A stretch of 64,000 nucleotides of DNA from Clostridia bacterium (GTDB lineage: Bacteria > Bacillota > Clostridia > TANB77 > CAG-465). The translations under genes and the position numbers were made by a program. The notes below the pieces were generated by a model. That model was not told the origin of the DNA and did not search any database. It saw nothing but the letters and a program-made list of their open reading frames with translations. This document shows positions 48,784 to 58,246 of this stretch, in pieces. The DNA is taken from assembly GCA_028692955.1 (NCBI GenBank), contig JAQUWH010000006.1:8273-72272 (forward strand), given 5' to 3'. Every line of letters starts with the position of its first letter. Within the stretch, counting starts at the first letter, position 1.

Positions 48784-51324
48784 CTACTGAATACCATAAC
48801 CTACATTATGTTTTACCCTATCATGTTCTTCTGCACGTTTTGCATTATTGAATCTATCTACAGTACCTACTAAGTAACCTGTAATTCTTCTTATTCTTTC
48901 AAATCCCACATTTGTTTCATCATCATCTGTTCTACCACAATGTGGGCATTTTGATTCAATGATTCCTGTATATCCACAAATTGGATCTCTATCGACCGGA
49001 TGGTTAATTGCTCCATAACCAATACCAGACTCTTTCATACATCTGACTACTTGTTCAAATGCATCCAAGTTTTTAGTTGGATCACCATCCAATTCAACAT
49101 AGCTAATATGACCACCATTTGTTAAATTATGATATGGTGCTTCTCGTGTGATTTTGTCAAATGCACTAATCTTGTAATAAACTGGAACATGGAATGAGTT
49201 TGTATAATAATCCCTATCTGTAACACCTTCAATAATCCCAAATTTTTTCTTATCAATCTTTACAAATCTACCAGATAATCCTTCAGCAGGTGTTGCAATT
49301 AATGAGAAATTAAGGTTAGTTTTTTCACTTGTTTGATCCATTCTATCTCTCATATAGCCAACGATTCTTAAACCAAGTTTTTGTGCTTCTTCGCTTTCAC
49401 CATGATGTTTACCAATTAACGCTTTTAAACATTCTGCAAGCCCTATAAATCCTAATGTTAGAGTTCCGTGTTTTAGTATTTCTCCCACTTCATCATTTGG
49501 ATTTAGTTTTTCAGAGTCTAACCATACGCCTTGGCCCATTAAGAATGGATAGTTCATTACCTTTTTATGTGATTGTATGTTTAATCTATCTAATAGTTGA
49601 TCTACTACCAAATCAATTCTTTCAGACAACATTTCAAAGAATTTATCAACATCACCTTTTGCCAAGATGCCAAGTCTTGGTAAATTAATAGATGTAAAGC
49701 TTAAATTTCCTCTACCACAAGTAACTTCTCTTGTAGGATCATAATTATTTGCCATAACTCTTGTTCTACAACCCATATACGCAATTTCACTGTTATAATC
49801 TCCTGGTTTGTAATATTGAATATTAAATGGTGCATCAATAAATGAGAAGTTAGGGAATAATCTTTTTGCAGAAACCCTACAACCTAATTTGAAGATATCA
49901 TAGTTTGGTTCCCCTTCGTTATAGTTAATACCATCTTTGATTTTTAATATTTGAATTGGGAATATTGGTGTTTCACCTTTTCCAAGTCCTGCATCTGTAG
50001 CATATAATAATTGTTCCATGACAAGTCTACCTTCAGGTGTTGTATCAAGTCCATAGTTAATAGAAGAAAATGGTACTTGAGCGCCAGCACGTGAGTGCAT
50101 TGTATTTAAGTTATGGATAAAGCCTTCCATTGCTTGGAATGTATCTCTTGTAATTTCTTTATCTGTATATTTTACACAGAATTTTTGAATTTTTTCTGCT
50201 AAAACTTCACCATATTTTTCTATTAATATCTCTTTTTCATATGCTAAATAACCAGTGGTATCTTCTAATGATGGAATCACACCATGTTCGTTATATACTT
50301 TACTCATAATCGCTTTTGAAATATCTTCAGAACTCTCAAGTTCAGCAAGTAATTCAATTGTTTTTTGTAAAGAAGGAATAATATCTGTTTGCTCTCTTAA
50401 CTTTGAAATAATTGATTTTGCTATTTCTTTTGAATATTTTGCATCCTTTAAAACATCAATTGCTCTTTCTAAAGCAGGTACTAACATTTGTTCTTCATTA
50501 ATCTTATTGATTACCTTTTTAGAAGTATCTTCAGAATTTTCTACATCTGTTAGCAATTCTAATGCTTTTTGTAAATTCTTTAAATATAACTTTTTGTATG
50601 ATTTTCTAACACCTATTGCCATAGCATACTCAAAGTTTGGTATTGATTGTCCACCATGTTGATCGTTTTGATTCGATTGAATTGCAATTGCTGCAAGTGC
50701 TGCATACGATCCAATGGATTGCGGTTCTCTTAAATGTCCTTCACCTGTTGAAAAACCGTCTTTAAATAATTTAATAAGGTCTATTTGACAACAAGTTGTT
50801 GTTAAAGTCAAAAAGTCTAAATCATGGATATGAATATCTCCACTTGCATGAGCATCAGCATGTTCTTTCTTTAAAACAAACATTTGATAAAATTTTTTCG
50901 CACCTTCAGAACCATATTTTAACATTGTTCCCATTGCTGTATCCGCATTAACATTTGCATTTTCTCTTTTAACATCATTGTCTTTTGCATCTTCAAATGT
51001 TAATTTTTCATATGTTTTCATGATTTCAGAGTTCATTTCTCTTTGTTTTGTTCTTTCAGCCCTATAAAGAATATATGCTTTGGCAGTTGCAGCACAATCT
51101 TCATCAATTAAAGTACGTTCTACTACGTCTTGAACTTGTTCAACGGTTGGACAAGTTGTACTTGTATCTCTTTCTAAACGTTCGCATACTTTTGCTGCTA
51201 AATCCTCCGCCTCTTTATAGTTGTTTCCACCAACTGAAACAGCTGCTTTGTAAATTGCCTGTGCAATCTTTTCTACATTAAAAGGAACAGTTCTACCATC
51301 TCTTTTAATAATTTTAGTAACCAT
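48784..51324 (-). CDS. nrdD: Anaerobic (class III) ribonucleoside-triphosphate reductase
   Basis: 846 aa. N-terminal ATP-cone, NDQHGGQ, QAMEGFIHNLNTMHSRAG, C-terminal Zn site CGYTG...CPHCG and glycyl-radical motif RRITGY. Confidence 0.95.
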   Translation of the reverse strand: MVTKIIKRDGRTVPFNVEKIAQAIYKAAVSVGGNNYKEAEDLAAKVCERLERDTSTTCPTVEQVQDVVERTLIDEDCAATAKAYILYRAERTKQREMNSEIMKTYEKLTFEDAKDNDVKRENANVNADTAMGTMLKYGSEGAKKFYQMFVLKKEHADAHASGDIHIHDLDFLTLTTTCCQIDLIKLFKDGFSTGEGHLREPQSIGSYAALAAIAIQSNQNDQHGGQSIPNFEYAMAIGVRKSYKKLYLKNLQKALELLTDVENSEDTSKKVINKINEEQMLVPALERAIDVLKDAKYSKEIAKSIISKLREQTDIIPSLQKTIELLAELESSEDISKAIMSKVYNEHGVIPSLEDTTGYLAYEKEILIEKYGEVLAEKIQKFCVKYTDKEITRDTFQAMEGFIHNLNTMHSRAGAQVPFSSINYGLDTTPEGRLVMEQLLYATDAGLGKGETPIFPIQILKIKDGINYNEGEPNYDIFKLGCRVSAKRLFPNFSFIDAPFNIQYYKPGDYNSEIAYMGCRTRVMANNYDPTREVTCGRGNLSFTSINLPRLGILAKGDVDKFFEMLSERIDLVVDQLLDRLNIQSHKKVMNYPFLMGQGVWLDSEKLNPNDEVGEILKHGTLTLGFIGLAECLKALIGKHHGESEEAQKLGLRIVGYMRDRMDQTSEKTNLNFSLIATPAEGLSGRFVKIDKKKFGIIEGVTDRDYYTNSFHVPVYYKISAFDKITREAPYHNLTNGGHISYVELDGDPTKNLDAFEQVVRCMKESGIGYGAINHPVDRDPICGYTGIIESKCPHCGRTDDDETNVGFERIRRITGYLVGTVDRFNNAKRAEEHDRVKHNVGYGIQ

Positions 51325-51360
51325 AAAAATACCACCCCTTGTATTTGTCTTAAAAGTAAA

Positions 51361-51376
51361 ACACTATATATTGTGT
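51361..51376. promoter_or_regulatory. NrdR box
   Basis: ACACTATATATTGTGT matches the published 16-bp NrdR palindrome (acaCwAtATaTwGtgt) at every position. It lies 13 nt downstream of the -10 element. Confidence 0.75.
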
Positions 51377-51388
51377 TTTCTGATTGTG

Positions 51389-51417
51389 ATTATACCACCC
51401 CATTTTTTTAATGTCAA
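51389..51417 (-). promoter_or_regulatory. nrdD operon promoter
   Basis: On the minus strand: TTGACA (51417-51412), 17 nt, TGgTATAAT extended -10 (TATAAT at 51394-51389). Confidence 0.6.
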
Positions 51418-51963
51418 TACTTTTTTGAAAAAAAACCGTTACATTTTTATTACAATATTACTTTAATATTAATCCATTTTTTACCATACATGGTAGGTGG
51501 TAAATTTGGTACTTTTCAAACGACATAAACAGATTACTTTTTTGTAGAATTTTATTGAATCATGCTTGAAGAAAATTTCTCATTTAACTAAAAAATATAA
51601 ATACATCTCCTAAAAATGACATTGTAAAATATTAAATACAATATGATAATTGGTAATTACGAATCTGAACAATATTACAATCAAGAATGATACGATTGAT
51701 ATATGTGATGATTTACATGATATTCTTTTCGGCAATATAAGAATAAAGAAAAAGAGTAAAAGCACTTCATTTTAACATGAAATACTCTACTCTTTTTCTT
51801 TTCAACATTTTAGTATTGCTTCTTACTTACTCTCTGTGCAATGGCGTTCTGCATTTGTACAAGTACAATTAGTATGATATCTATTAGTACATTTCTCTAT
51901 GCCAGTATATTTTCATCATACTTTCCATATATTTTCTTCCTTTAGCCATTGTTTATTAGATCA

Positions 51964-52515
51964 TTATAGTTTATTCGGTGTAGTGTATGCTACTCCATAT
52001 GTATCTACAGTAACTTTTTTCATTACTGGTGGATTAACTGGCCTATCTTTTCCTTCTGAAGAAGCATTTCTAGATATAACTTTAGTATTTACAATTTTAT
52101 CTACAACTTCCATTCCTTGTATAACGCTACCAAAAGCGGCATATTTACCATCGAGAAATATGGCATCATCCGTAACAATGAAAAACTGTGAACCAGCACT
52201 ATTAGGAAGCATACTTCTTGCCATAGAAACAACACCTCTAACATGAGAAATATCATTTTGTACTCCATTTTCTCTAAATTCACCTTTTATGCCATATCCA
52301 GGTCCACCCATACCAGTTCCAGTTGGGTCTCCCCCTTGTGCCATAAAACCTGGTATTGTTCTATGAAAGATTAATCCATCATAAAATGATGCTTGTATTA
52401 ATGATATAAAATTATTCACAGTCTCTGGTGCTTTACTTGGATATAACTCCATTTTTATCACGCCACCATTTTCCATTTCAATGGTTACAATTGGTTTGTT
52501 ATTTGCAATTTCCAT
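51964..52515 (-). CDS. ppiB: Cyclophilin-type peptidyl-prolyl cis-trans isomerase
   Basis: Start at MEIANNKP after GGAAGGAG. FHRTIPGFMAQGGDP and GSQFFI motifs. Confidence 0.9.
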   Translation of the reverse strand: MEIANNKPIVTIEMENGGVIKMELYPSKAPETVNNFISLIQASFYDGLIFHRTIPGFMAQGGDPTGTGMGGPGYGIKGEFRENGVQNDISHVRGVVSMARSMLPNSAGSQFFIVTDDAIFLDGKYAAFGSVIQGMEVVDKIVNTKVISRNASSEGKDRPVNPPVMKKVTVDTYGVAYTTPNKL

Positions 52516-52519
52516 ATAA

Positions 52520-53620
52520 CTATTCTCCTTCCACAATATTATCTATTTCATTGATATGTTTTTTCTTTTTGCGTTTAAAAGCACTTCCTGGTATTAAGAA
52601 TAATGAACCTATTAATATTGGTAAATAAAAAGTGTAGACTCTCCAAAATAGTATTGACATATTAATGGTGCCTTTTTCAAACATGCTATTAAATAGTAAT
52701 AAAAAGCCACCTTCTGCTGCAATCCCTGCTCCTGGTACTGGAGTAAATGCCATAATCATCATCAAGAAAGCTTGCGCTGGTATAATACTAAATACACTCA
52801 CACCACTATTACCAAACGCTCTATATACTGCATAGGTAATGTAATAATAAGCCATAAATTGTATCATCGAGATGAGTGCCATTTTCACTATCATCCATTT
52901 TTCTTTTTTCATCAAAGCAAATTGATTACTAAAATCATCAATACTAATGACTAATTTTTCAATGCGCTCATCTACATTTTTAAATATTTTTAATCTGCCT
53001 AGCAATTTATAAATAGGTTTTAACATTCCAAGTACTAATTTTTTGTTAATACCTATCATAAAAATAAAAACAATTGCTGCAATATTAACAGTAAAACCAA
53101 ATATTGCTAAAAACAAAAAATTACTCACCAAACTTGCAAAGTATTCAAATTGAAATATCAGTACAATCGCCGTAAATACCACAAGAGTTGTTTGCGATAT
53201 AATAAACTTCATTACAAGTATGGAAAGAGAATCGCTCATTTTCTTTCCATCTTTACTCATCTCATAAGCTTGTATTGGTTGCCCACCAGATGAAAATGGT
53301 GTTATATTATTAAATAGCTGACCAAGCATTGAGATTCTAAAAGTATTCGCAAATTTTTGGCCCTTAAACATCTTTTTAAACGGGATATGAAGGCATAAAG
53401 CTTCTGTCATCCAATAAATAATGATACAAACAAGTCCTACTCCAACCCATCTATAGTCAGACGTTTTTAGTAAGTTTAAAATATTATCTATTCCATCTAC
53501 ACTTATCATATATATAAACATTCCAATAAAGATAAGTAATATAATAATAATATTAATCATTAAACTTTTTTTATTTGCAGGCTTTACTTGTTGTACCTCT
53601 TCTACATTTTCCTTTTCCAT
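52520..53620 (-). CDS. UPF0104 / lysylphosphatidylglycerol-synthase TM-region family (flippase-like) membrane protein
   Basis: 366 aa with about 8 TM helices. The pattern ...NITPFSSGGQP... is typical of the YbhN/MprF-TM family. Confidence 0.65.
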   Translation of the reverse strand: MEKENVEEVQQVKPANKKSLMINIIIILLIFIGMFIYMISVDGIDNILNLLKTSDYRWVGVGLVCIIIYWMTEALCLHIPFKKMFKGQKFANTFRISMLGQLFNNITPFSSGGQPIQAYEMSKDGKKMSDSLSILVMKFIISQTTLVVFTAIVLIFQFEYFASLVSNFLFLAIFGFTVNIAAIVFIFMIGINKKLVLGMLKPIYKLLGRLKIFKNVDERIEKLVISIDDFSNQFALMKKEKWMIVKMALISMIQFMAYYYITYAVYRAFGNSGVSVFSIIPAQAFLMMIMAFTPVPGAGIAAEGGFLLLFNSMFEKGTINMSILFWRVYTFYLPILIGSLFLIPGSAFKRKKKKHINEIDNIVEGE

Positions 53621-53798
53621 ATTTCACCTAAAAAATCATATGTGATTATTATAACACAAATGAACCTATTATACAATTAATAGATTCATTTTATATATTT
53701 TCTCAATTTACTATTACATATAACTATATTTGCATATTAAAAATAACAGAGGTGATAAAAATATATCACTCTGTTATTTAATTATATATATAAGAGTA

Positions 53799-54809
53799 TT
53801 ATTTGATTACTTCACTAGCATAACTGTTATTCACTATTTTATCATAAGGTGCTTTTACTTTTAATTCACCAGCTTCTTCCATAACCGTTTGTAATAAATC
53901 AAAAGATTCTTCTTTTAATACAGGAGTATCACTCCATACGTCTATTCCTTTATATCTTTCAATTACAGTTTCAAGTAATGCTAAATCTGTATCTGGGAAG
54001 AATGAAACAATAGCCTCGGCTATTTCTTTACTAGAATGCTCTTTTACCCAAGTTTGCCCTTCATATACTGCAGTAACAAACCTTTTTACCACATCACTAT
54101 TGTTTTTGATATAGCTTTTTTTAGCAAAGTAAGCAGTATAAGGAATTTCTCCAGATGCTTCCCCTACAGATGCGACAATATATCCCTTTCCAGCATTTTC
54201 TGTCATAGAAGCGGTTGGTTCAAATAATGTTACATAATCAGCATTTCCACCTGTGAATGCACCTGCCATTAAGTCAAACTTAATACTATCATCTAGTACT
54301 AAATCTGTACTTGGATTTAATCCACTTTGTTTAATGACATATTCTAATGTCATATAGGGTACGCCACCCTTTCTTCCAGGTATAACGGTGCCTCCTTTTA
54401 AATTTTTCCAATTGAAATTATCTTGTTTTGTTTTACTAACAAGAAAAGAACCGTCTTTTTTGGTCATTTGAGCAAATACTTGTGTGTAATCTTCTTTTCC
54501 TTCGTTATACACGTAAATAGAGGCCTCTGGTCCAGCAAATCCGATATCAGATTGATTAGCAAGGACAGCAGTCATTACTTTATCTGCTCCTTGACCAGTT
54601 GTTAATTCTATTTCTATATTTTGTTTCTCAAAGAAACCTTTGTTGATTGCTACATATTGTGGTGCATAAAACACTGATCTAGTTACCTCACTTACTTTTA
54701 CTTTTGTCATATCATTATTTATTTTATCATCCTTAAAATAAAAGAATGAAAATACGCCTAGTCCTACTACTAATATAGCGCATATAATTGTTATTATGTA
54801 CTTTTTCAA
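53799..54809 (-). CDS. ABC transporter substrate-binding protein (NMT1/THI5-like, NitT/TauT family)
   Basis: 336 aa with an N-terminal anchor. Last gene of the ATPase-permease-SBP operon. Confidence 0.75.
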   Translation of the reverse strand: MKKYIITIICAILVVGLGVFSFFYFKDDKINNDMTKVKVSEVTRSVFYAPQYVAINKGFFEKQNIEIELTTGQGADKVMTAVLANQSDIGFAGPEASIYVYNEGKEDYTQVFAQMTKKDGSFLVSKTKQDNFNWKNLKGGTVIPGRKGGVPYMTLEYVIKQSGLNPSTDLVLDDSIKFDLMAGAFTGGNADYVTLFEPTASMTENAGKGYIVASVGEASGEIPYTAYFAKKSYIKNNSDVVKRFVTAVYEGQTWVKEHSSKEIAEAIVSFFPDTDLALLETVIERYKGIDVWSDTPVLKEESFDLLQTVMEEAGELKVKAPYDKIVNNSYASEVIK

Positions 54810-54903
54810 AATTAATCTTCCTTTCTAATAATTAGGTCATTTAGTGACATCACTAAATCTTTCCTTACGATAAGTTATTCTTCTTTTTTAAGAATCGTTA
54901 CAA

Positions 54904-55713
54904 CTAATTCATAATATGAGTTTTTGTAATTAACTTTTCTAGTAAGACAACACTTTCATACATGATAGCTGCTACTAAGCTAAGTATAATAACACTCGTC
55001 ATGACTAAATCTAGCTGGAATACTTGACCACCATAGACAATCAGATAACCAAGACCAGCTTTTGATACTAAAAATTCTCCTGAAATAACACCCACAAGTG
55101 ATAAACCAATATTAACTTTTAACGAGTTGATAAAAGTGGAAATATTAGCTGGAATGACAATTTTAGTCAATATTTGCAATTTACTTGCCCCAAATGTTTT
55201 TACCATTTTTATCTTCTCTTTATCGGTATTTAAAAAGCCATTTAAAATTTCAAGGATAGTAACAATTAAAGAAATAGAAAGAGCCATGACAATAATTGCT
55301 GGCATACCTGCCCCTACCCATATGATAATGACAGGACCTAATGCTACTTTTGGCAAACTATTCAAAACGACTAGAAATGGCTCTGATACTTTGGAAAGAA
55401 ACTTTGACCACCATAGTATAATAGCAATAATAATACCAAGTACGGTACCCGATAGAAATCCTATGATTGTTTCAAAGCATGTTACCCCAATATGTTCCAG
55501 TAATCCATTTTGTGATAGATTCATAAAAGTATTGAGTATCCTACTTGGCTGACTCGTAATGAAAGAGTCAATGATATTGGCATTTGCACATATTTCCCAG
55601 GTAGCAATAAAAGCAATTAAAACAAATATCTGTGTTAAGATGACAGTTACTCTATTTCTCGTTACTTTTTTTAGATACTTTTTTCTTTCCATTGATATAT
55701 TTTTTTCACGCAT
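54904..55713 (-). CDS. ABC transporter permease (NitT/TauT family)
   Basis: Start placed at the ATG overlapping the ATPase stop (ATGCGTGA), with GGAAGGAG upstream. A BPD_transp_1-type EAA loop region is present. Confidence 0.8.
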   Translation of the reverse strand: MREKNISMERKKYLKKVTRNRVTVILTQIFVLIAFIATWEICANANIIDSFITSQPSRILNTFMNLSQNGLLEHIGVTCFETIIGFLSGTVLGIIIAIILWWSKFLSKVSEPFLVVLNSLPKVALGPVIIIWVGAGMPAIIVMALSISLIVTILEILNGFLNTDKEKIKMVKTFGASKLQILTKIVIPANISTFINSLKVNIGLSLVGVISGEFLVSKAGLGYLIVYGGQVFQLDLVMTSVIILSLVAAIMYESVVLLEKLITKTHIMN

Positions 55714-56482
55714 TGATATCAAGCTCCTTCCATAGATTTTCATAATATTTACTAAATTTAGGATTTTCTCTACAATTCATTGGGTCTCTATTTTCCATAT
55801 CAAATTCTATATCATGTATAGTTTTAATATGAGATGGTCGATTACTAAGCACTACCACTCTATCAGCCATACTAATTGCTTCTGATAAATCATGAGTAAC
55901 CATTAATACCGTTTTATTCTCATTCTTTAAGATTTGGTACACATCTTTAATAACTAGCATTCTTGTTTGATAATCAAGAGCAGAAAACGCTTCATCAAGT
56001 AACAATATTTGTGGTCTTATGGCAAGGGTCCTAATTAAAGCAACCCTTTGCCTCATTCCCCCTGATAACTGTGACGGGAACTTATTCTTAAATTCATAAA
56101 TATTATATTTTTTTAATAATTCATCAACATATGCTTCATTTTCTTTATTTTTAATACCTTGTATTTCAAGCCCAATCATAATGTTTTGATATATATTTCT
56201 CCATTCTAGTAGACTATCTTTTTGCAGCATATACCCAATTTTTCTTGATACTCCTACGATTTCTTCCTTGTTTATATATATCTTCCCAGATGTTTTTTCT
56301 TCAAGGCCAGCGATAATGGAAAGTAAAGTTGATTTACCACAACCACTTGGACCAATAATACTAACAAACTCTCCTTCGTTAACTGTAAGATTAATATTTT
56401 TAAGTGCTTCTACTTCACCATTTTTTGCTTGATATATTTTACTAATGTTGCTAATCTTTAACACCTCATGTATAGTAGACAT
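55706..56482 (-). CDS. ABC transporter ATP-binding protein (NitT/TauT family)
   Basis: 258 aa. Walker A GPSGCGKST, signature LSGGMRQR and Walker B LLLDEAF. Confidence 0.9.
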   Translation of the reverse strand: MSTIHEVLKISNISKIYQAKNGEVEALKNINLTVNEGEFVSIIGPSGCGKSTLLSIIAGLEEKTSGKIYINKEEIVGVSRKIGYMLQKDSLLEWRNIYQNIMIGLEIQGIKNKENEAYVDELLKKYNIYEFKNKFPSQLSGGMRQRVALIRTLAIRPQILLLDEAFSALDYQTRMLVIKDVYQILKNENKTVLMVTHDLSEAISMADRVVVLSNRPSHIKTIHDIEFDMENRDPMNCRENPKFSKYYENLWKELDINA

Positions 56483-56573
56483 TTCTTACTCCTTTCTTTA
56501 GCGAATTTTATATTTTGACAAATTAACGCTTGCTATATTATATTAATTTTTATTTAAAAGAGTTAAGAAAAGA

Positions 56574-56594
56574 TGTAAAGATAATTTCTTTACA
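56574..56594 (-). terminator. Intrinsic terminator after the 162-aa repeat-protein gene
   Basis: On the minus strand: TGTAAAGA, loop aatta, TCTTTACA, followed by TCTTTTCTT. Confidence 0.5.
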
Positions 56595-56605
56595 CCTTCA
56601 TTATT

Positions 56606-57094
56606 TTAATATTCTCTAAATGGTGGTCTTCCTGGAAAAAATGGTGGTCTACCTGGGAATAATGGTGGTCTTCCTGGAAAAAACGGTGGTCTTCCTGGAC
56701 GTCTATGTAAAAATTCTCTGATTAATAGCACACTTACTAAATCATTTAAAAATCTATTTCGTTGTCTATCTTCAGCTACACTTTCTTGTGATTCCATTCT
56801 TCCATCCATTTCCATTTTATTGCATATATCATCTGTCATTCTCATTATCATATCTCTTGTAATACGGCCTTGAACCTTATCGCATGCATTACATACCATT
56901 GGGTATATTCTTCTATATGATTCTGGATACATAGATTCTAAATCTTCTTCATATTCATTCATATCCCACATTTGATTTGGCATCATCATAGGCATATTTT
57001 GCATGGTTTGATTTGGCATATTCCACATTGGATTTGGCATATTAGAACAACTTTGCATATTTCTTTCTTGTTCGTTATAATCTGGATAATACAT
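56606..57094 (-). CDS. Low-complexity repeat protein (Met/Pro/Asn-rich N-terminus; four PGRPPFF heptads at the C-terminus)
   Basis: 162 aa with no signal peptide. N-terminal MPN/MW repeats, central YPESYRRIYPMVCNACD block and C-terminal PGRPPFFPGRPPLFPGRPPFFPGRPPF encoded by 21-nt tandem repeats (56620-56700). Confidence 0.6.
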   Translation of the reverse strand: MYYPDYNEQERNMQSCSNMPNPMWNMPNQTMQNMPMMMPNQMWDMNEYEEDLESMYPESYRRIYPMVCNACDKVQGRITRDMIMRMTDDICNKMEMDGRMESQESVAEDRQRNRFLNDLVSVLLIREFLHRRPGRPPFFPGRPPLFPGRPPFFPGRPPFREY

Positions 57095-57251
57095 TCTGCT
57101 GTCCTCCTTCCTCCTATACTCTATGCAAATTTATATTGTATTGCTATTATATATTCATGAATATGTAAAATAACTTTTATATATTGGTGCAAAATAGTGT
57201 TACAAAATGTTAGATCAGTACATAAGATATAGCATGGAAAGGAAATTGATT

Positions 57252-58145
57252 ATGAGAAATTATATTAATAAATCATTAGAACTTCATTTATTCTTCGGAA
57301 GAATTATGAAAGAACATGCTATTTTTCTACAGGGCGGATTTATGCAAAAAAATTGCGACTACATAAAAGAAGGCGAATGGTATCAAAGAGAGTTTGAAAA
57401 ACTACTATGTGAAGTTGTAAGAATGAGTAATTGTATGATTGACCCTAAAATATTAAGGTCAAATGAAATTGTAACAGAATATACCTATAAAGCTGAAATG
57501 GAAACACAACATTTAACTGGGATTTTAATTGATACAAACATCACATTACTAGAGAAAAAACTTAAAGATAATACATATTCTTGTATGCCAAACAACATGT
57601 GTGATATTGTTTGTACACTCAATAATTACGCACTTGAATTACTAGATGGTTTTATTTGTTTTAAAGAGAAAATATTAAGTAATGTAAATTGCTGCAATTT
57701 ATTTACTGCAAATTATCCATTGCTAATAGAGCACATCTTAAGAGAAGCAAAATTATACCGTTACTATGTCGCTAAATTACTAACTTGCCATGATATAGAC
57801 GACAAAGACCAAAAAGAAATAGAAATGTTTTGGAATCAAATTATGATGGAACATGCCCTATTTATACGTGGATTACTAGACCCAACAGAGGAAGATTTAA
57901 TTCACACTGCAGATGATTTTGCTAAACAATACAAAGAATTAATTGAAGAAGCAAAAATGATGAGTGACAAAACTTTAGAAGATCTTACAGAAGAAACAAT
58001 CGAAAAAACAAAGAAATACAGGGATTTTAAAGAGGCGGGTACAAAAGGAATCAGCGATTGCAAAATACGTTCCATTATACTCCCCCTACTTGCTGACCAT
58101 GTATTAAGGGAAGCAAATCATTACCTTAGAATATTGGAGCAATAA
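57252..58145 (+). CDS. DUF2935-like helical-bundle protein
   Basis: Two copies of the motif ..MKEHAIFL.. / ..MMEHALFIRGLLDPTE.. are typical of DUF2935 (recalled, not searched). Start chosen at MRNY after AAAGGAA. The ORF is open from 57207. Confidence 0.6.
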   Translation: MRNYINKSLELHLFFGRIMKEHAIFLQGGFMQKNCDYIKEGEWYQREFEKLLCEVVRMSNCMIDPKILRSNEIVTEYTYKAEMETQHLTGILIDTNITLLEKKLKDNTYSCMPNNMCDIVCTLNNYALELLDGFICFKEKILSNVNCCNLFTANYPLLIEHILREAKLYRYYVAKLLTCHDIDDKDQKEIEMFWNQIMMEHALFIRGLLDPTEEDLIHTADDFAKQYKELIEEAKMMSDKTLEDLTEETIEKTKKYRDFKEAGTKGISDCKIRSIILPLLADHVLREANHYLRILEQ

Positions 58146-58246
58146 CAAAATATTAGTCTTATAGATTAGTTAGTTGGTACTAGTTGTCTATAAGGTTAAT
58201 ATTATTTAAATGATGATGTTATAGATGATTGGCCAATACATTACTT

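Noticed and set aside
51384-51410. Second NrdR box at the expected ~31-bp spacing from the first
   Set aside because: The sequence there (GGTGGTATAATCACAAT region) does not fit the 16-bp palindrome, so only one box is claimed.
56483-56605. Possible TPP (THI-box) riboswitch upstream of the NMT1/THI5-type ABC operon
   Set aside because: The region holds only the upstream gene's terminator and a candidate promoter. There is no CTGAGA-type THI-box core and the region is too short.
58172-58201. Degenerate extra CRISPR repeat at the trailer end
   Set aside because: Only 14/30 positions match by hand count and the implied spacer would be 45 nt. The region also forms an 8-bp-stem hairpin (58158-58194), which fits a terminator better.
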